A stretch of 64,000 nucleotides of DNA from an uncultured beta proteobacterium (lineage in GTDB: Bacteria > Pseudomonadota > Gammaproteobacteria > Burkholderiales > Casimicrobiaceae): contig CAVPXB010000021.1 in assembly GCA_963709525.1 (NCBI GenBank), positions 54,442 to 118,441 of the forward strand, in the 5' to 3' direction. A program made the position numbers and the translations under genes. Under the pieces are notes generated by a model. The model was not told the origin of the DNA. It was given only the letters and a program-made list of their open reading frames with translations, and made no database searches. Below, one piece after another: positions 52,989-62,587 of the stretch (the first letter of the stretch is position 1; each line of letters begins with the position of its first letter).

Positions 52989-54269
52989 CTAACCCATCAA
53001 CAGGTTGGGCAGCCAGAGCGAGATGATCGGCACGTAGGTGATCAGCAGCAGGAACAGCAGCATCACCAGGATCCACGGCGCGCAGGCCTTGGTCACCTCG
53101 GTCAGGCCCATGCCGGCGATGCCGGAGGCGACGTAGAGGTTTAGGCCCACCGGAGGCGTGATCATGCCGATTTCCATGTTGACGGTCATCAGCACGCCGA
53201 GGTGGATGGGGTCGATGCCGAGTTTCATCGCCACCGGAAAGAGGATAGGCGCGGTGATGAGCAGGATCGACGAGGGCTCCATGAAGTTGCCGGCGATCAG
53301 CAGCATCACGTTGACGACCATCAGGAACATCCACGGGGAGAGACCCATCTCGTTGATCCACGCGGCGAGGTTCTGCGGGATCTGTTCGGAGGTGAGCAGG
53401 AACGAGAACAGCACCGCGTTGGTGATGATGTAGAGGATCATCGCCGACAGGTTGGCCGAATCCAGCAGCACCTTCGGCACCTGCTTCAGCGTAAGGTCCT
53501 TGTAGACGTAGACCGAGACGAAGAATGCGTAGGCGGCGCTCATCGCCGCGGCTTCGGTGGGCGTGAAGATCCCCGAATAGATGCCGCCGATGACGACGAC
53601 GACCAGCGCGAGACCCCAGACGCTTTCGCGGAACGCCGCGAACATCTCGGCGAAGCTCGCCTTGGCCATCCGCGGGTAGTTGCGCTTCTTCGCCACCGCC
53701 CAGGTGACGAACAGCAGCAGACCGGCCAGCATCAGGCCTGGGATGATGCCGGCGATAAAGAGCTTGCCGATCGACGAGTTGGTCGACACCGCGTAGATCA
53801 CCATCACGATCGACGGCGGGATGAGGATGCCCAGCGCACCGGCGGTGCCGATGACTCCGACGCCGAACCTCTTCGGATAGCCCTGCTTGACCATCGCCGG
53901 CAGCAGGATCGAGCCGATGGCGACCACCGTCGCCGGGCTCGAGCCCGACACCGCGGCGAACAGCGCGCAGGCGAGCACGCCGCCCAGCGCCAGGCCGCCG
54001 TGCAGGTGGCCGACCATTGCTGTCGCGAACCGGATCATCCGCTTGGCGACGCCGCCGTGGGTGAGGAAATTCCCGGCGAGGATGAAGAACGGGATCGCCA
54101 TGATCTCGAACTTCTCGATGCCGGTGAAGAGCTTCAGCGCCACCGATTCCAGCGGCACCTGCGTCATCGCGAACAGGAAGGTGAGGACGGTGAGGCCGAG
54201 CGAAATCGATATCGGCATCCCCGTGATCATCAGGGCGCACAGCAGCCCGAAGATGACGAGCGCTGTCAT
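52989..54269 (-). CDS. dctM: TRAP transporter large permease DctM
   Basis: 426-aa polytopic membrane protein. ATGA overlap with dctQ. Last gene of the dctPQM order. Confidence 0.9.
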   Translation of the reverse strand: MTALVIFGLLCALMITGMPISISLGLTVLTFLFAMTQVPLESVALKLFTGIEKFEIMAIPFFILAGNFLTHGGVAKRMIRFATAMVGHLHGGLALGGVLACALFAAVSGSSPATVVAIGSILLPAMVKQGYPKRFGVGVIGTAGALGILIPPSIVMVIYAVSTNSSIGKLFIAGIIPGLMLAGLLLFVTWAVAKKRNYPRMAKASFAEMFAAFRESVWGLALVVVVIGGIYSGIFTPTEAAAMSAAYAFFVSVYVYKDLTLKQVPKVLLDSANLSAMILYIITNAVLFSFLLTSEQIPQNLAAWINEMGLSPWMFLMVVNVMLLIAGNFMEPSSILLITAPILFPVAMKLGIDPIHLGVLMTVNMEIGMITPPVGLNLYVASGIAGMGLTEVTKACAPWILVMLLFLLLITYVPIISLWLPNLLMG

Positions 54270-54883
54270 GACGGCCTCCCGTGGGTGAGGTCATCGGGAT
54301 GGAGGTCGGACGGCAGCTTCACCCACGCGGTGGCGTCTTCCTTGTCGAGGCCCTCGACGTGCGCGTGGTCGGCGTGGGGGAGGTTGCCGGTCTTGATGAA
54401 ACTCCACGTCACCTGCAGGAAGCGGTAGCACATCAGGTACGAGCCCAGCGGGACGCAAAGGTAGACGATCCACTTGGGCATCTCGAGGTCGGCCGACACC
54501 TGATCAGTGTGGAAGAGTTCCCAGACGAAGTGGGCACCGAAGGTTCCGATGATGCCGGTGAAAAGTGCGCCGGCGAGAAGCCCGAAGATCACGAACTTGG
54601 CACGCAGCTTGTCGGACAGCGCGTTGATCAGCACGTCGACCCCGACGTGGATGCCGGTTCGCACGCCATAGGCGGCCCCGAACTTGGCCATCCAGACGAA
54701 CATGAAGATGCAGAGTTCCTGCGCCCAGCCCAGGTTGATGCCGAGCAGGAAATCCTGGACGCCGGGGATCGGCATGCCGGAGGCGTAGCGATGCAGCACG
54801 GCGATGAAGATGATCACCGTGGCCGCGCCGATGAGGAAGGTGATGATCCATTCCTCGAGATGATCGAGGGCGCGATTGAGCAT
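54266..54883 (-). CDS. dctQ: TRAP transporter small permease DctQ
   Basis: Four-TM protein between dctP and dctM, with a hydrophilic C-terminal extension. Confidence 0.85.
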   Translation of the reverse strand: MLNRALDHLEEWIITFLIGAATVIIFIAVLHRYASGMPIPGVQDFLLGINLGWAQELCIFMFVWMAKFGAAYGVRTGIHVGVDVLINALSDKLRAKFVIFGLLAGALFTGIIGTFGAHFVWELFHTDQVSADLEMPKWIVYLCVPLGSYLMCYRFLQVTWSFIKTGNLPHADHAHVEGLDKEDATAWVKLPSDLHPDDLTHGRPS

Positions 54884-54969
54884 TTGCCCATCTCCTCCGG
54901 GTCAGGAAATCCGAAAAACGGATGCCCGCCGTTGCGGCGGGCCTCCGGTGCGGCCGCTCTTGGGCGGCT

Positions 54970-55980
54970 TCAGTCGGCCTTGAAGCCGGTTTCCTTGTAG
55001 ATCGCCTGGATGGTGTCCTTGCCGATCCGGCTTTCCATTTCCTTGTGCACGGGAACCATCGCCTTCTTCCACGCGGCGCGCTCGGCGGCCGTCGGCACGT
55101 AGACTGCCGTCTTGCCCGAAGCCTTGATCTTTTCCAGCGACTGGTCGTTTTCCTGCTTGGCAATCGAATTTGCGTATTTCGTCGCCTCCGCCATGGCGGC
55201 TTCGAGCTCTTTGCGGACGTCGGCCGGCAGCGCGTCCCAGAACTTCTTGTTGGCGATCACCGCGTAGCCCAGGTAGCCATGCTCGGTGACGATGGCGTGC
55301 TTCTGCACTTCATGCATCTTCTGCGTGTACATGTTCGACGGTGGGTTTTCGGTGCCGTCGACCACGCCGGTCTGCAGCGCCTGGTAGACCTCGGAGAAGG
55401 CCATCGTCTGCGGGATCGCGCCGATCGCGCGCATCTGTGCCTCGAGCACCTTCGACGACTGGATGCGCAGCTTCTGGCCCTTGATGTCGGCGGGCAGCTT
55501 GAGCGCCTTGTTGGCGGAGAGCACCTTGAAGCCGTTGTCCCAGTACGCGAGGCCGACGATGCCCTTGGGATCGAGCTTCTTGAACAACGCAGCGCCGGCC
55601 GGGCCCTCGGTCACCTTGTGCAGTTCCGCGGTGTTGTCGAAGATGAACGGCAGGTCGAAGACCTCGAAATCGCGCACGCCCAGGGGGCCGAACTTGGCCA
55701 GCGAGGGCGCCAGCATGTGGACCGACCCCAGCGACAGCGCTTCCATCTCCTCGCCGTCCTTGTACAACTGGGAGTTGGGATAGATCTCGATCTTGACCTT
55801 GCCCTTGAGGCGGGCCTCGGCGAGCTCCTTGAACTTCTCGGCGGCCTTGCCCTTGGGCGTGTCGGGGGCGACGACGTGGCTGAACTTGATGACGATCGGC
55901 GCTTGCGCGAATGCGGCGCCTGCGGCGAACACGGCCGCGGCGGCCAGCGCCAAGGCAAGACGAAGCTGCGGGAATTTCAT
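54970..55980 (-). CDS. dctP: TRAP C4-dicarboxylate-binding periplasmic protein DctP
   Basis: Signal peptide, then 'IVIKFSHVVAPDTPKGKAAEKFKELAE', 'MLAPSLAKF' and 'FDLPFIFD', closely recalling Rhodobacter DctP. AGGAGG RBS. Confidence 0.9.
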   Translation of the reverse strand: MKFPQLRLALALAAAAVFAAGAAFAQAPIVIKFSHVVAPDTPKGKAAEKFKELAEARLKGKVKIEIYPNSQLYKDGEEMEALSLGSVHMLAPSLAKFGPLGVRDFEVFDLPFIFDNTAELHKVTEGPAGAALFKKLDPKGIVGLAYWDNGFKVLSANKALKLPADIKGQKLRIQSSKVLEAQMRAIGAIPQTMAFSEVYQALQTGVVDGTENPPSNMYTQKMHEVQKHAIVTEHGYLGYAVIANKKFWDALPADVRKELEAAMAEATKYANSIAKQENDQSLEKIKASGKTAVYVPTAAERAAWKKAMVPVHKEMESRIGKDTIQAIYKETGFKAD

Positions 55981-56180
55981 GACGTCCTCCTGTGAAGTTG
56001 CGAATCCGAGTTGTTGCCGCTATTCGTGGGCAGCATTCGCTGCGGTGCGGCATCGTTGAAGGCAATCGAAACTGCCAAGATTAGGCAGCCAATAAGCGCT
56101 GCTGTCAACCGCGCGCGGAAACCGGCAACGCCGCAGCGTACAGCGCGAGTGCCCGCGGCGGTTTGATGCGAGTCAACTTT

Positions 56181-57575
56181 TCACGCAGCCGGGGGCCAGC
56201 GTGAATGGAGCGTCCAGTCGAAGCTGCGACCGGGCGTGCCCGGCGTTGCGGCAAAGGCCGCGTCGACACCGATCGCGGGCACCTCGGCCAGGGCGTCGCC
56301 ACAAAAGACGAGCGGCCAGGTGTCGCGGCGCCAGTGCGGGATACCGCGTTGCTGCATCAGGTCGGTGAGCGATTGCCGGGGCCGCTGTGGCCCGAGGCGC
56401 AGGTGTTCGCCGCCTTGCCGGGGGCGGATGGTGAGGGGCGCATCGCCGAAGTGCTGCAACGCAATGCCACGACCGCTTGCTTCGCGCAGCGCGAGCGTGC
56501 CGTGCGGGAGATCGATGGCAGCCCCATCCCGCCATTCGAACGCAGGCCACGCCCGAAACGCGGCATGCACGAAGACAAATCCCCGATGGATGCCGATCTC
56601 GCGGTCTTCATGCGCGATCCTGACCTGCGCGTCGTCCGCTGCGGTCGTGAGCTGGGCCAGCATCTCCAGGAGGCGCGCGGCCGACGGGGCACGGAGCCCG
56701 TGCCGCCGCAGGAACCAGCGCAGGAGATTGCGCGCGCGGTGCGGCTGCAGCGAGGCCAGGCTGCCGAGGCGCGACCGGTCGAGCGTCGGCCCGTCGATCG
56801 CATCCTGCGCGAGCGCGCCAATCGCGTCCTGCGCGGCCAGTTCGTCGATCAGGAGCGCGGCTTCGGCCTGGTGCGACGCTGTGCGAAGCAGCGTCCCGGG
56901 GTAGCCGGGGAACGCCTGGGCAAGCAGCGGCGAAATCTCCCGGCGAATGAAATTGCGCTTGATGCGCAGATCCGCGTTCGATTCGTCCTCGACCCAGTCA
57001 AGACCTCGCGCACGCGCTATGGCGGCGATCGTCGCGCGAGAAAGACCCAGCAGCGGACGCAGGATGCGCGGCCGGTCGTCGGGCGCGCGGTCGGCGCCCA
57101 TCGCGGCGAGTCCGTGCGGTCCTGCGCCGCGCAACAATTGCAGCCAAATCGTTTCCGCCTGGTCGTCGGCGTGATGCGCCAGGGCCACCGCGTCGACGTC
57201 GAGACCGGCGAAGATCGCGTGGCGTGCCGTGCGGGCGCTGGCTTCAAGGCTCGCCCCCGGTCGGCGGTCGACGAGGATCCGCTGCGTGGCGAGGGGTACC
57301 GATCGCGCGGCGCACTCGCGCGCGCAGAAATCCGTCCAGGCGTCCGCGTTCGGCGAGAGTCCGTGGTGGACGTGGATCGCGGAAACCTCGATGCCAAGGG
57401 CAGGGGCCGCGGCGGCCAGCGCGTCGAGCAGGACCATCGAATCGCAGCCGCCGGAAAATCCAACCGCGATCCGCGGCCGGCCGGCGACACGCATGCCATC
57501 GGTGGCGAGGAATCGCCGCAGCGCGTGCGCGACCGCGTCACCTGCGGGATCGATCGATTTGGTTCGGGACGCCAA
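56181..57575 (-). CDS. tilS: tRNA(Ile)-lysidine synthase
   Basis: PP-loop 'VGFSGGCDSMVLL'. Directly downstream of accA, as in many proteobacteria. TTG start at 57575 is uncertain. Confidence 0.85.
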   Translation of the reverse strand: MASRTKSIDPAGDAVAHALRRFLATDGMRVAGRPRIAVGFSGGCDSMVLLDALAAAAPALGIEVSAIHVHHGLSPNADAWTDFCARECAARSVPLATQRILVDRRPGASLEASARTARHAIFAGLDVDAVALAHHADDQAETIWLQLLRGAGPHGLAAMGADRAPDDRPRILRPLLGLSRATIAAIARARGLDWVEDESNADLRIKRNFIRREISPLLAQAFPGYPGTLLRTASHQAEAALLIDELAAQDAIGALAQDAIDGPTLDRSRLGSLASLQPHRARNLLRWFLRRHGLRAPSAARLLEMLAQLTTAADDAQVRIAHEDREIGIHRGFVFVHAAFRAWPAFEWRDGAAIDLPHGTLALREASGRGIALQHFGDAPLTIRPRQGGEHLRLGPQRPRQSLTDLMQQRGIPHWRRDTWPLVFCGDALAEVPAIGVDAAFAATPGTPGRSFDWTLHSRWPPAA

Positions 57576-57641
57576 GGGCGAGGGCGGGCGCAGAGCGGTG
57601 GGCGTGGGGCGACCGGGGGTCTGCAGCGGAGGCAGGCAGGG

Positions 57642-58610
57642 TCAGCCGGCGCTGATTTCCTTGAACTTGCCGTAGCCGAGGATCTTCTCCTCGCGCGTTT
57701 CAAGGAGCGCATCGATCGGGCGCTCCTGCAACTGCCGCAGGATGTCGGTGAGCGCTTTCCTGAGCGTCGCCATCATTGCGCCATGATCGCGGTGCGCGCC
57801 GCCCACCGGCTCGTTGACGATCTTGTCGATGAGTCCCAGCTGCTTCAATCGCGGCGCCGTGATGCCCAGGATTTCGGCTGCCTCCGGCGCGTTGTCGGCG
57901 GACTTCCAGAGGATCGACGCGCAACCTTCGGGCGAAATCACCGAATAGGTCGAATACTGCAACATCAGCGTGACGTCGCCGATGGCGATCGCCAGCGCGC
58001 CACCGGATCCGCCTTCGCCGATCACCGTGACGATGACCGGTGTGCGCAATCCCGCCATCTCGTACAGATTGCGACCGATGGCTTCCGACTGTCCGCGCTC
58101 CTCGGCGCCGATGCCCGGATAGGCGCCCGGCGTATCGACGAACGTGAACAGGGGCAGGCCGAATTTCTCGGCGAGCTTCATGAGGCGCAGCGCCTTGCGG
58201 TAACCCTCGGGCCGCGGCATGCCGAAGTTGCGGTGGATCTTCTCCCGGGTGTCGCGGCCTTTCTGGTGGCCGATCACCATGCAGGGCTGGCCATTGAAAC
58301 GGGCGAGGCCGCCGACGATCGCAGGGTCGTCGGCGTAGGACCGGTCGCCATGCAGTTCGCGGAAATCGGCGAACATTCCGTTGATGTAATCGAGCGTGTA
58401 GGGTCGCTGCGAATGCCGCGCGACCTGCGCGATCTGCCAAGGCGAGAGCTTGGCGTAGATGTCCCGGGAGAGCTGCTGGCTCTTCTTCTGCAGGCGGTTG
58501 ATCTCGTCCGAAATGTCGACTGCCGAGTCCTCATGGACGTAACGCAGCTCGTCGATCTTGGCTTGCAGTTCGGCGATGGGCTGCTCGAAATCGAGAAACG
58601 TCTGCTTCAT
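57642..58610 (-). CDS. accA: acetyl-CoA carboxylase carboxyltransferase alpha subunit
   Basis: Start '[23 protein letters not shown]' (ATG 58610). '[22 protein letters not shown]'-type core ('[38 protein letters not shown]'). Confidence 0.95.
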   Translation of the reverse strand: MKQTFLDFEQPIAELQAKIDELRYVHEDSAVDISDEINRLQKKSQQLSRDIYAKLSPWQIAQVARHSQRPYTLDYINGMFADFRELHGDRSYADDPAIVGGLARFNGQPCMVIGHQKGRDTREKIHRNFGMPRPEGYRKALRLMKLAEKFGLPLFTFVDTPGAYPGIGAEERGQSEAIGRNLYEMAGLRTPVIVTVIGEGGSGGALAIAIGDVTLMLQYSTYSVISPEGCASILWKSADNAPEAAEILGITAPRLKQLGLIDKIVNEPVGGAHRDHGAMMATLRKALTDILRQLQERPIDALLETREEKILGYGKFKEISAG

Positions 58611-58680
58611 CGGCGCGCGCGGCGATTCCATGATAGCTGGGAATCATAACGCATTGGCGGCGTTGCCGCTGCCGTGGCGA

Positions 58681-59457
58681 TCACCGCGTGGCGGCGTCGA
58701 AAATGAGCTTGGCGCCGGTCGCGAACAGCAATGCATAGCTCACGCGATAGAACGCGCGTTCGGAGACGCGCCGGTGCAGCCACACGCCGAGCCAGACGCC
58801 GATCGGCGCGAGCGGCGCGAACAGCAACGACGTGGCGAGGTTGCCGGCATGCAGCTGGCCGAGAAAATAGTAGGGCGTCAGCTTGAGGTAGTTGACGGCG
58901 CAAAAGAAGACCGCCGAGGTGGCGACGATCTGCGTCTTGTCGAGCTTTTGCGCCAGGATGTACACGGCGAACGGCGGGCCGCCGGCGTGGGCAAGCGTGC
59001 TCGTGAATCCGGACAGCGAGGCCCAGATGACGCCGGCGACGCGGCCGGGCGTGCGCTCGCGTGCGGACAGACGCCTGGCCAGCCGCTCGCTGAGGCCGAA
59101 CCATTTGTTCAGGGCAAAGGTGACGGCGATGAGTCCGATGAGCAGGCGTATCGCGTTGACCGGCAGCGTGCCGAAGGCGAAAGCGCCGATTGCCACCCCG
59201 ATGACGGCGCCGGGCAGCATGATCGAAAGATGCCGCGCCGACCAGCGGCCGCGGTAGGCGTGGACCCCGAAGATGTCCATTGCGCAAAGAATGGGCAGCA
59301 TGATGCCCGCGGCCTCGGGGGGGGCGATCAGGATCGACATGATCGGCACGGCGAGGCCGCCGGCACCCGCACCGAAGCCGCCTTTCGAGATGCCGGCGAG
59401 CACGATGGCGGCGACGGCGACCGGGTAAAACGCGAGCGGGTAATCGGGCCAGGGCAC
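58681..59457 (-). CDS. TauE/SafE family sulfite/anion exporter-like membrane protein
   Basis: Internally duplicated 4+4 TM layout with 'GISKGGFGAGAGGLAVP'. GTG start. Confidence 0.78.
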   Translation of the reverse strand: MPWPDYPLAFYPVAVAAIVLAGISKGGFGAGAGGLAVPIMSILIAPPEAAGIMLPILCAMDIFGVHAYRGRWSARHLSIMLPGAVIGVAIGAFAFGTLPVNAIRLLIGLIAVTFALNKWFGLSERLARRLSARERTPGRVAGVIWASLSGFTSTLAHAGGPPFAVYILAQKLDKTQIVATSAVFFCAVNYLKLTPYYFLGQLHAGNLATSLLFAPLAPIGVWLGVWLHRRVSERAFYRVSYALLFATGAKLIFDAATR

Positions 59458-59555
59458 CCCATGCTCTCCTCAAGGCGTGGCGCTGCGATATTGCCGGACC
59501 ACGTGCCGAGCCGCGAATCGTTCGACCGCGGCGACGGGCCTGATGCCGACGGACG

Positions 59556-60125
59556 CTACCGCAATGGTCGCGCGCCGTCCACGCCGGGGCGCGCGGGCGC
59601 GACGGCAAGGCGCATTTCGACATGGGGTATGCCGTCTTCAAGGTAGCTGCCGGAGACGGTGTCAAAGCCGAGCGAGGCGTAGAAGGGCTCGAGGTAGAGT
59701 TGCGCGGAAATGCGGATCGGAAGCCCCGCGTGCAATGCGGCGCAGCGCTCGATGCCCTCGCGCATCAGGACCCGGCCAAGCCCGCCGCCGCGGCGCGACT
59801 TCGCCGTGAGGACGCGACCGATCGATGGCTCCGCATATCTGCAGCCAGGGTCGAGCAACCTCAGGTACGCGGCCAGCAACCGCGCCTCGCCGGTCGCGTC
59901 CCACCCCAGGAGGTGCCAGGCGTGGTGATCGAGCCCGTCGGCGTCGAGGTAGGCGCATTCCTGCTCGACGGCGAACACCTGTTGCCGGGCGGCGAGTGCG
60001 GCGTACAGTGCGGCCGGGCTCAATGCCGGCAACCGGGACCACTGCCAGCGTACCGCCTGGGCCGCAGCACGCCGGGACTCAAAAGCCGAGGGACTCGCCT
60101 GTTCTGCGTCCATGCCCGCGAACAT
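59556..60125 (-). CDS. GNAT family N-acetyltransferase (ElaA-like)
   Basis: 'LYAALAARQQVFAVEQECAYLDADGLDHHAWHLLG' and acetyl-CoA loop 'RRGGGLGRVLM'. ATG 60113 is an alternative start. Confidence 0.75.
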   Translation of the reverse strand: MFAGMDAEQASPSAFESRRAAAQAVRWQWSRLPALSPAALYAALAARQQVFAVEQECAYLDADGLDHHAWHLLGWDATGEARLLAAYLRLLDPGCRYAEPSIGRVLTAKSRRGGGLGRVLMREGIERCAALHAGLPIRISAQLYLEPFYASLGFDTVSGSYLEDGIPHVEMRLAVAPARPGVDGARPLR

Positions 60126-60187
60126 AGCGCAGGCCCCGCGCGTCGTCGAGAGGTTTGCGCGCGGCCCGAGCCTTGCCGGCGCGAATG

Positions 60188-60724
60188 TCAGGCGGCACGG
60201 GTGCGCAAGTCGTCAGGGTGGACGACCTCGACGTGAACGTGCCGAATGGGCATGCACTCCTGCAGCAGATGCGGCGGCGCAACGCTTCGTCGCAGGAGTT
60301 CGGCGCCGATGGCTCCGCCCGCCATCATGGCGATGGCGGCGTCTCGCACCGATTGCTCGACCGCCGCCCAGGTGTCCACGCCGGCGCCCGCCAGGAACGC
60401 GAAAACGTGGGGCGCGACGAATGCCAGCACGAACAGCAGGGCGCCCGCGACGGCGCAGCAAACCGCCCACGAAGGCAGTCCGAGGAAACGCAGTCCGCCA
60501 CGCTGATGATGGCGCAGGAAGGCCAAACCCGGTGCCGCGATCACGATCGTCGCGCCGAGCATCGCAATGCCCGCGACGGCCATCTGCAGCATCGCGGTGG
60601 GAGCATCCCAGGCGTGCAGAATGGCCGAGTGAACCCGGATGAACTCCGCCACCTGCGGCGTGACCTCGGACATCAATGCCAGTTGCAGTACCACCAGCGA
60701 CGCGAGATATGTGGTCCTGGACAT
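60188..60724 (-). CDS. hypothetical membrane protein (about 4 TM)
   Basis: Internal ATG 60724. Hydrophobic segments 'LASLVVLQLALM', 'MAVAGIAMLGATIVIAAPGLAF', 'AVCCAVAGALLFVLAFVAP'. No family recognised. Confidence 0.45.
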   Translation of the reverse strand: MSRTTYLASLVVLQLALMSEVTPQVAEFIRVHSAILHAWDAPTAMLQMAVAGIAMLGATIVIAAPGLAFLRHHQRGGLRFLGLPSWAVCCAVAGALLFVLAFVAPHVFAFLAGAGVDTWAAVEQSVRDAAIAMMAGGAIGAELLRRSVAPPHLLQECMPIRHVHVEVVHPDDLRTRAA

Positions 60725-60850
60725 GCGAGAGCCTCCGTTGGCGACTCGAGCGCTCGACCCTGGTGCAGGGCAAGCAAAACGATTTGACGACCGGTTGACT
60801 CTACTGCCGCCGCAGTGCCGGCCGCCATCCGCCATACGGACGAGCGTGGG

Positions 60851-61279
60851 TCAAATCACGCCCGGGATGAGGCGCCGCGTCCGCCGCGCGTAGGCGGCAT
60901 ACTCGGGATAGCGCGCCTCGAGGGCGCGCTCCTCGAACCGGGCCTTGAAATGCAGGACGAGCAACAAGGCGATGAAAGGGATCCCGCGCCACCATTGACC
61001 ATAAGCCGCCGCGAGCCCCGCGCAAAACGCGAGCACGGCGAAGTACATCGGATGACGGATGAAACGATAGGGCCCGCTGGTGACCAGGTGCCCGTCCGTC
61101 CTGGGATCGGGGCGGATATGGAAATTGCCGGGTCGATTGGCCGAGAGCGCCCAGATGCCGACCCCCGCCCCGACGATGGAGAGCGGCAGTCCGATCCAGT
61201 GGTTCGGCCAGGCGCCGAACGGGAACGCCAGCACGGCGATGCACGCGAACTGCGCGATGACGTAGCAACGTGAAACCAT
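60851..61279 (-). CDS. isoprenylcysteine carboxyl / phospholipid methyltransferase family membrane protein
   Basis: 'LVTSGPYRFIRHPMYFAVL' and 'EERALEARYPEYAAYARRTRRLIPGVI' are typical of the ICMT/PEMT superfamily. Starts at 61324 (ATG) or 61351 (GTG) are possible. Confidence 0.7.
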   Translation of the reverse strand: MVSRCYVIAQFACIAVLAFPFGAWPNHWIGLPLSIVGAGVGIWALSANRPGNFHIRPDPRTDGHLVTSGPYRFIRHPMYFAVLAFCAGLAAAYGQWWRGIPFIALLLVLHFKARFEERALEARYPEYAAYARRTRRLIPGVI

Positions 61280-61385
61280 GGCCGTGACCGTTGTCCGCGC
61301 GGGGGTGCGCTGGCGGCAGAGCATACCCCGGCTGGCACGCAATTTTGTCACGGCCTAAAATGCATCCTTTTCAAAGGGGGTTTTC

Positions 61386-62450
61386 ATGGCACTCCATCGA
61401 ATCGCGGTCATCGCCGGCGACGGCATCGGCAAGGAAACCGTGCCGGAAGGACTGCGCGTGCTCGAAGCGGTCGGCCGCCGGTTCGGCATCGAGTTCGAAT
61501 GGCAGGAATTCGACTGGAGCTGCGATTATTACCTCAAGCACGGCCGCATGATGCCGGAGAACTGGTTCGAGACGCTTTCGCCCTTCGAGGCGATCTTCTA
61601 CGGCGCGGTGGGCTGGCCCGAGAAGGTGCCGGACCACATCTCGCTGTGGGGCTCGTTGCTGCAGTTCCGGCGCCGCTTCGAACAATACGTGAACCTGCGC
61701 CCGTGCAAGCTGATGCCGGGCATCGCGACACCGCTGGCCAACCGCAAGCCCGGCGACATCGACTTCGTGGTCGTGCGCGAGAATACCGAGGGCGAGTATT
61801 CGTCGGTGGGCGGAAGGATGTTCGAGGGCACGGAGCGCGAGATCGTGTTCCAGGAATCGGTCTTTACGCGCAAGGGCGTCGATCGCATCCTCAAATTCGC
61901 GTTCGAGCTCGCCCGGCAGCGGCCGCGGCGGCACGTCACCTCGGCGACCAAATCCAACGGCATCGCGATCACCATGCCGTTCTGGGACGAGCGCTTCCGG
62001 GCGATGGCGGCAAGCTACCCCGACATCCGCACCGATCAGTACCACATCGACATTCTCACTGCGCATTTCGTGCGCCGGCCGGAGATCTTCGACGTTGTCG
62101 TCGGCTCCAACCTGTTTGGCGACATCCTGTCCGATCTCGGTCCCGCGGTCTGCGGCACGATCGGCATCGCGCCGTCGGCCAATCTCAATCCAGAGCGCGA
62201 ATTTCCGTCATTGTTCGAGCCGGTTCACGGATCCGCCCCCGACATCGCCGGCAGGGGGATCGCCAATCCGATCGGCCAGATCTGGTCGGGTGCGTTGATG
62301 CTCGAGTTCCTCGGCCACGCCGAGGCATCGGTTGCCATCATCGCCGCCATCGAGCGCGTGCTGATCGATCCCGCGGCGCCGAAGACACCGGACCTTGGGG
62401 GCACGGCAAAAACCGTGGACCTGGGACGGGCGATCGCGAACGCGATCTGA
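61386..62450 (+). CDS. tartrate dehydrogenase/decarboxylase-like (isocitrate/isopropylmalate dehydrogenase family)
   Basis: 'IAVIAGDGIGKEV'-type N-terminus ('RIAVIAGDGIGKETVPEG'), 'VVRENTEGEYS', 'NLFGDILSDL' and 'GSAPDIAG'. The 'DWSCDYYLKHGRMMP' region recalls TtuC-type enzymes. Confidence 0.8.
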   Translation: MALHRIAVIAGDGIGKETVPEGLRVLEAVGRRFGIEFEWQEFDWSCDYYLKHGRMMPENWFETLSPFEAIFYGAVGWPEKVPDHISLWGSLLQFRRRFEQYVNLRPCKLMPGIATPLANRKPGDIDFVVVRENTEGEYSSVGGRMFEGTEREIVFQESVFTRKGVDRILKFAFELARQRPRRHVTSATKSNGIAITMPFWDERFRAMAASYPDIRTDQYHIDILTAHFVRRPEIFDVVVGSNLFGDILSDLGPAVCGTIGIAPSANLNPEREFPSLFEPVHGSAPDIAGRGIANPIGQIWSGALMLEFLGHAEASVAIIAAIERVLIDPAAPKTPDLGGTAKTVDLGRAIANAI

Positions 62451-62587
62451 AATCGGACCGCTGCGACGGCGGGTCGCAGACCCGCGTTTCGGCCGGGTTG
62501 CTCGATAATGGGTGCCGCGCATCGCCAACGCCCGGCCGATGCGTGTACATTCCCCACAAGTCAAAGTTCGTTCCAAGGGAGACGTGA

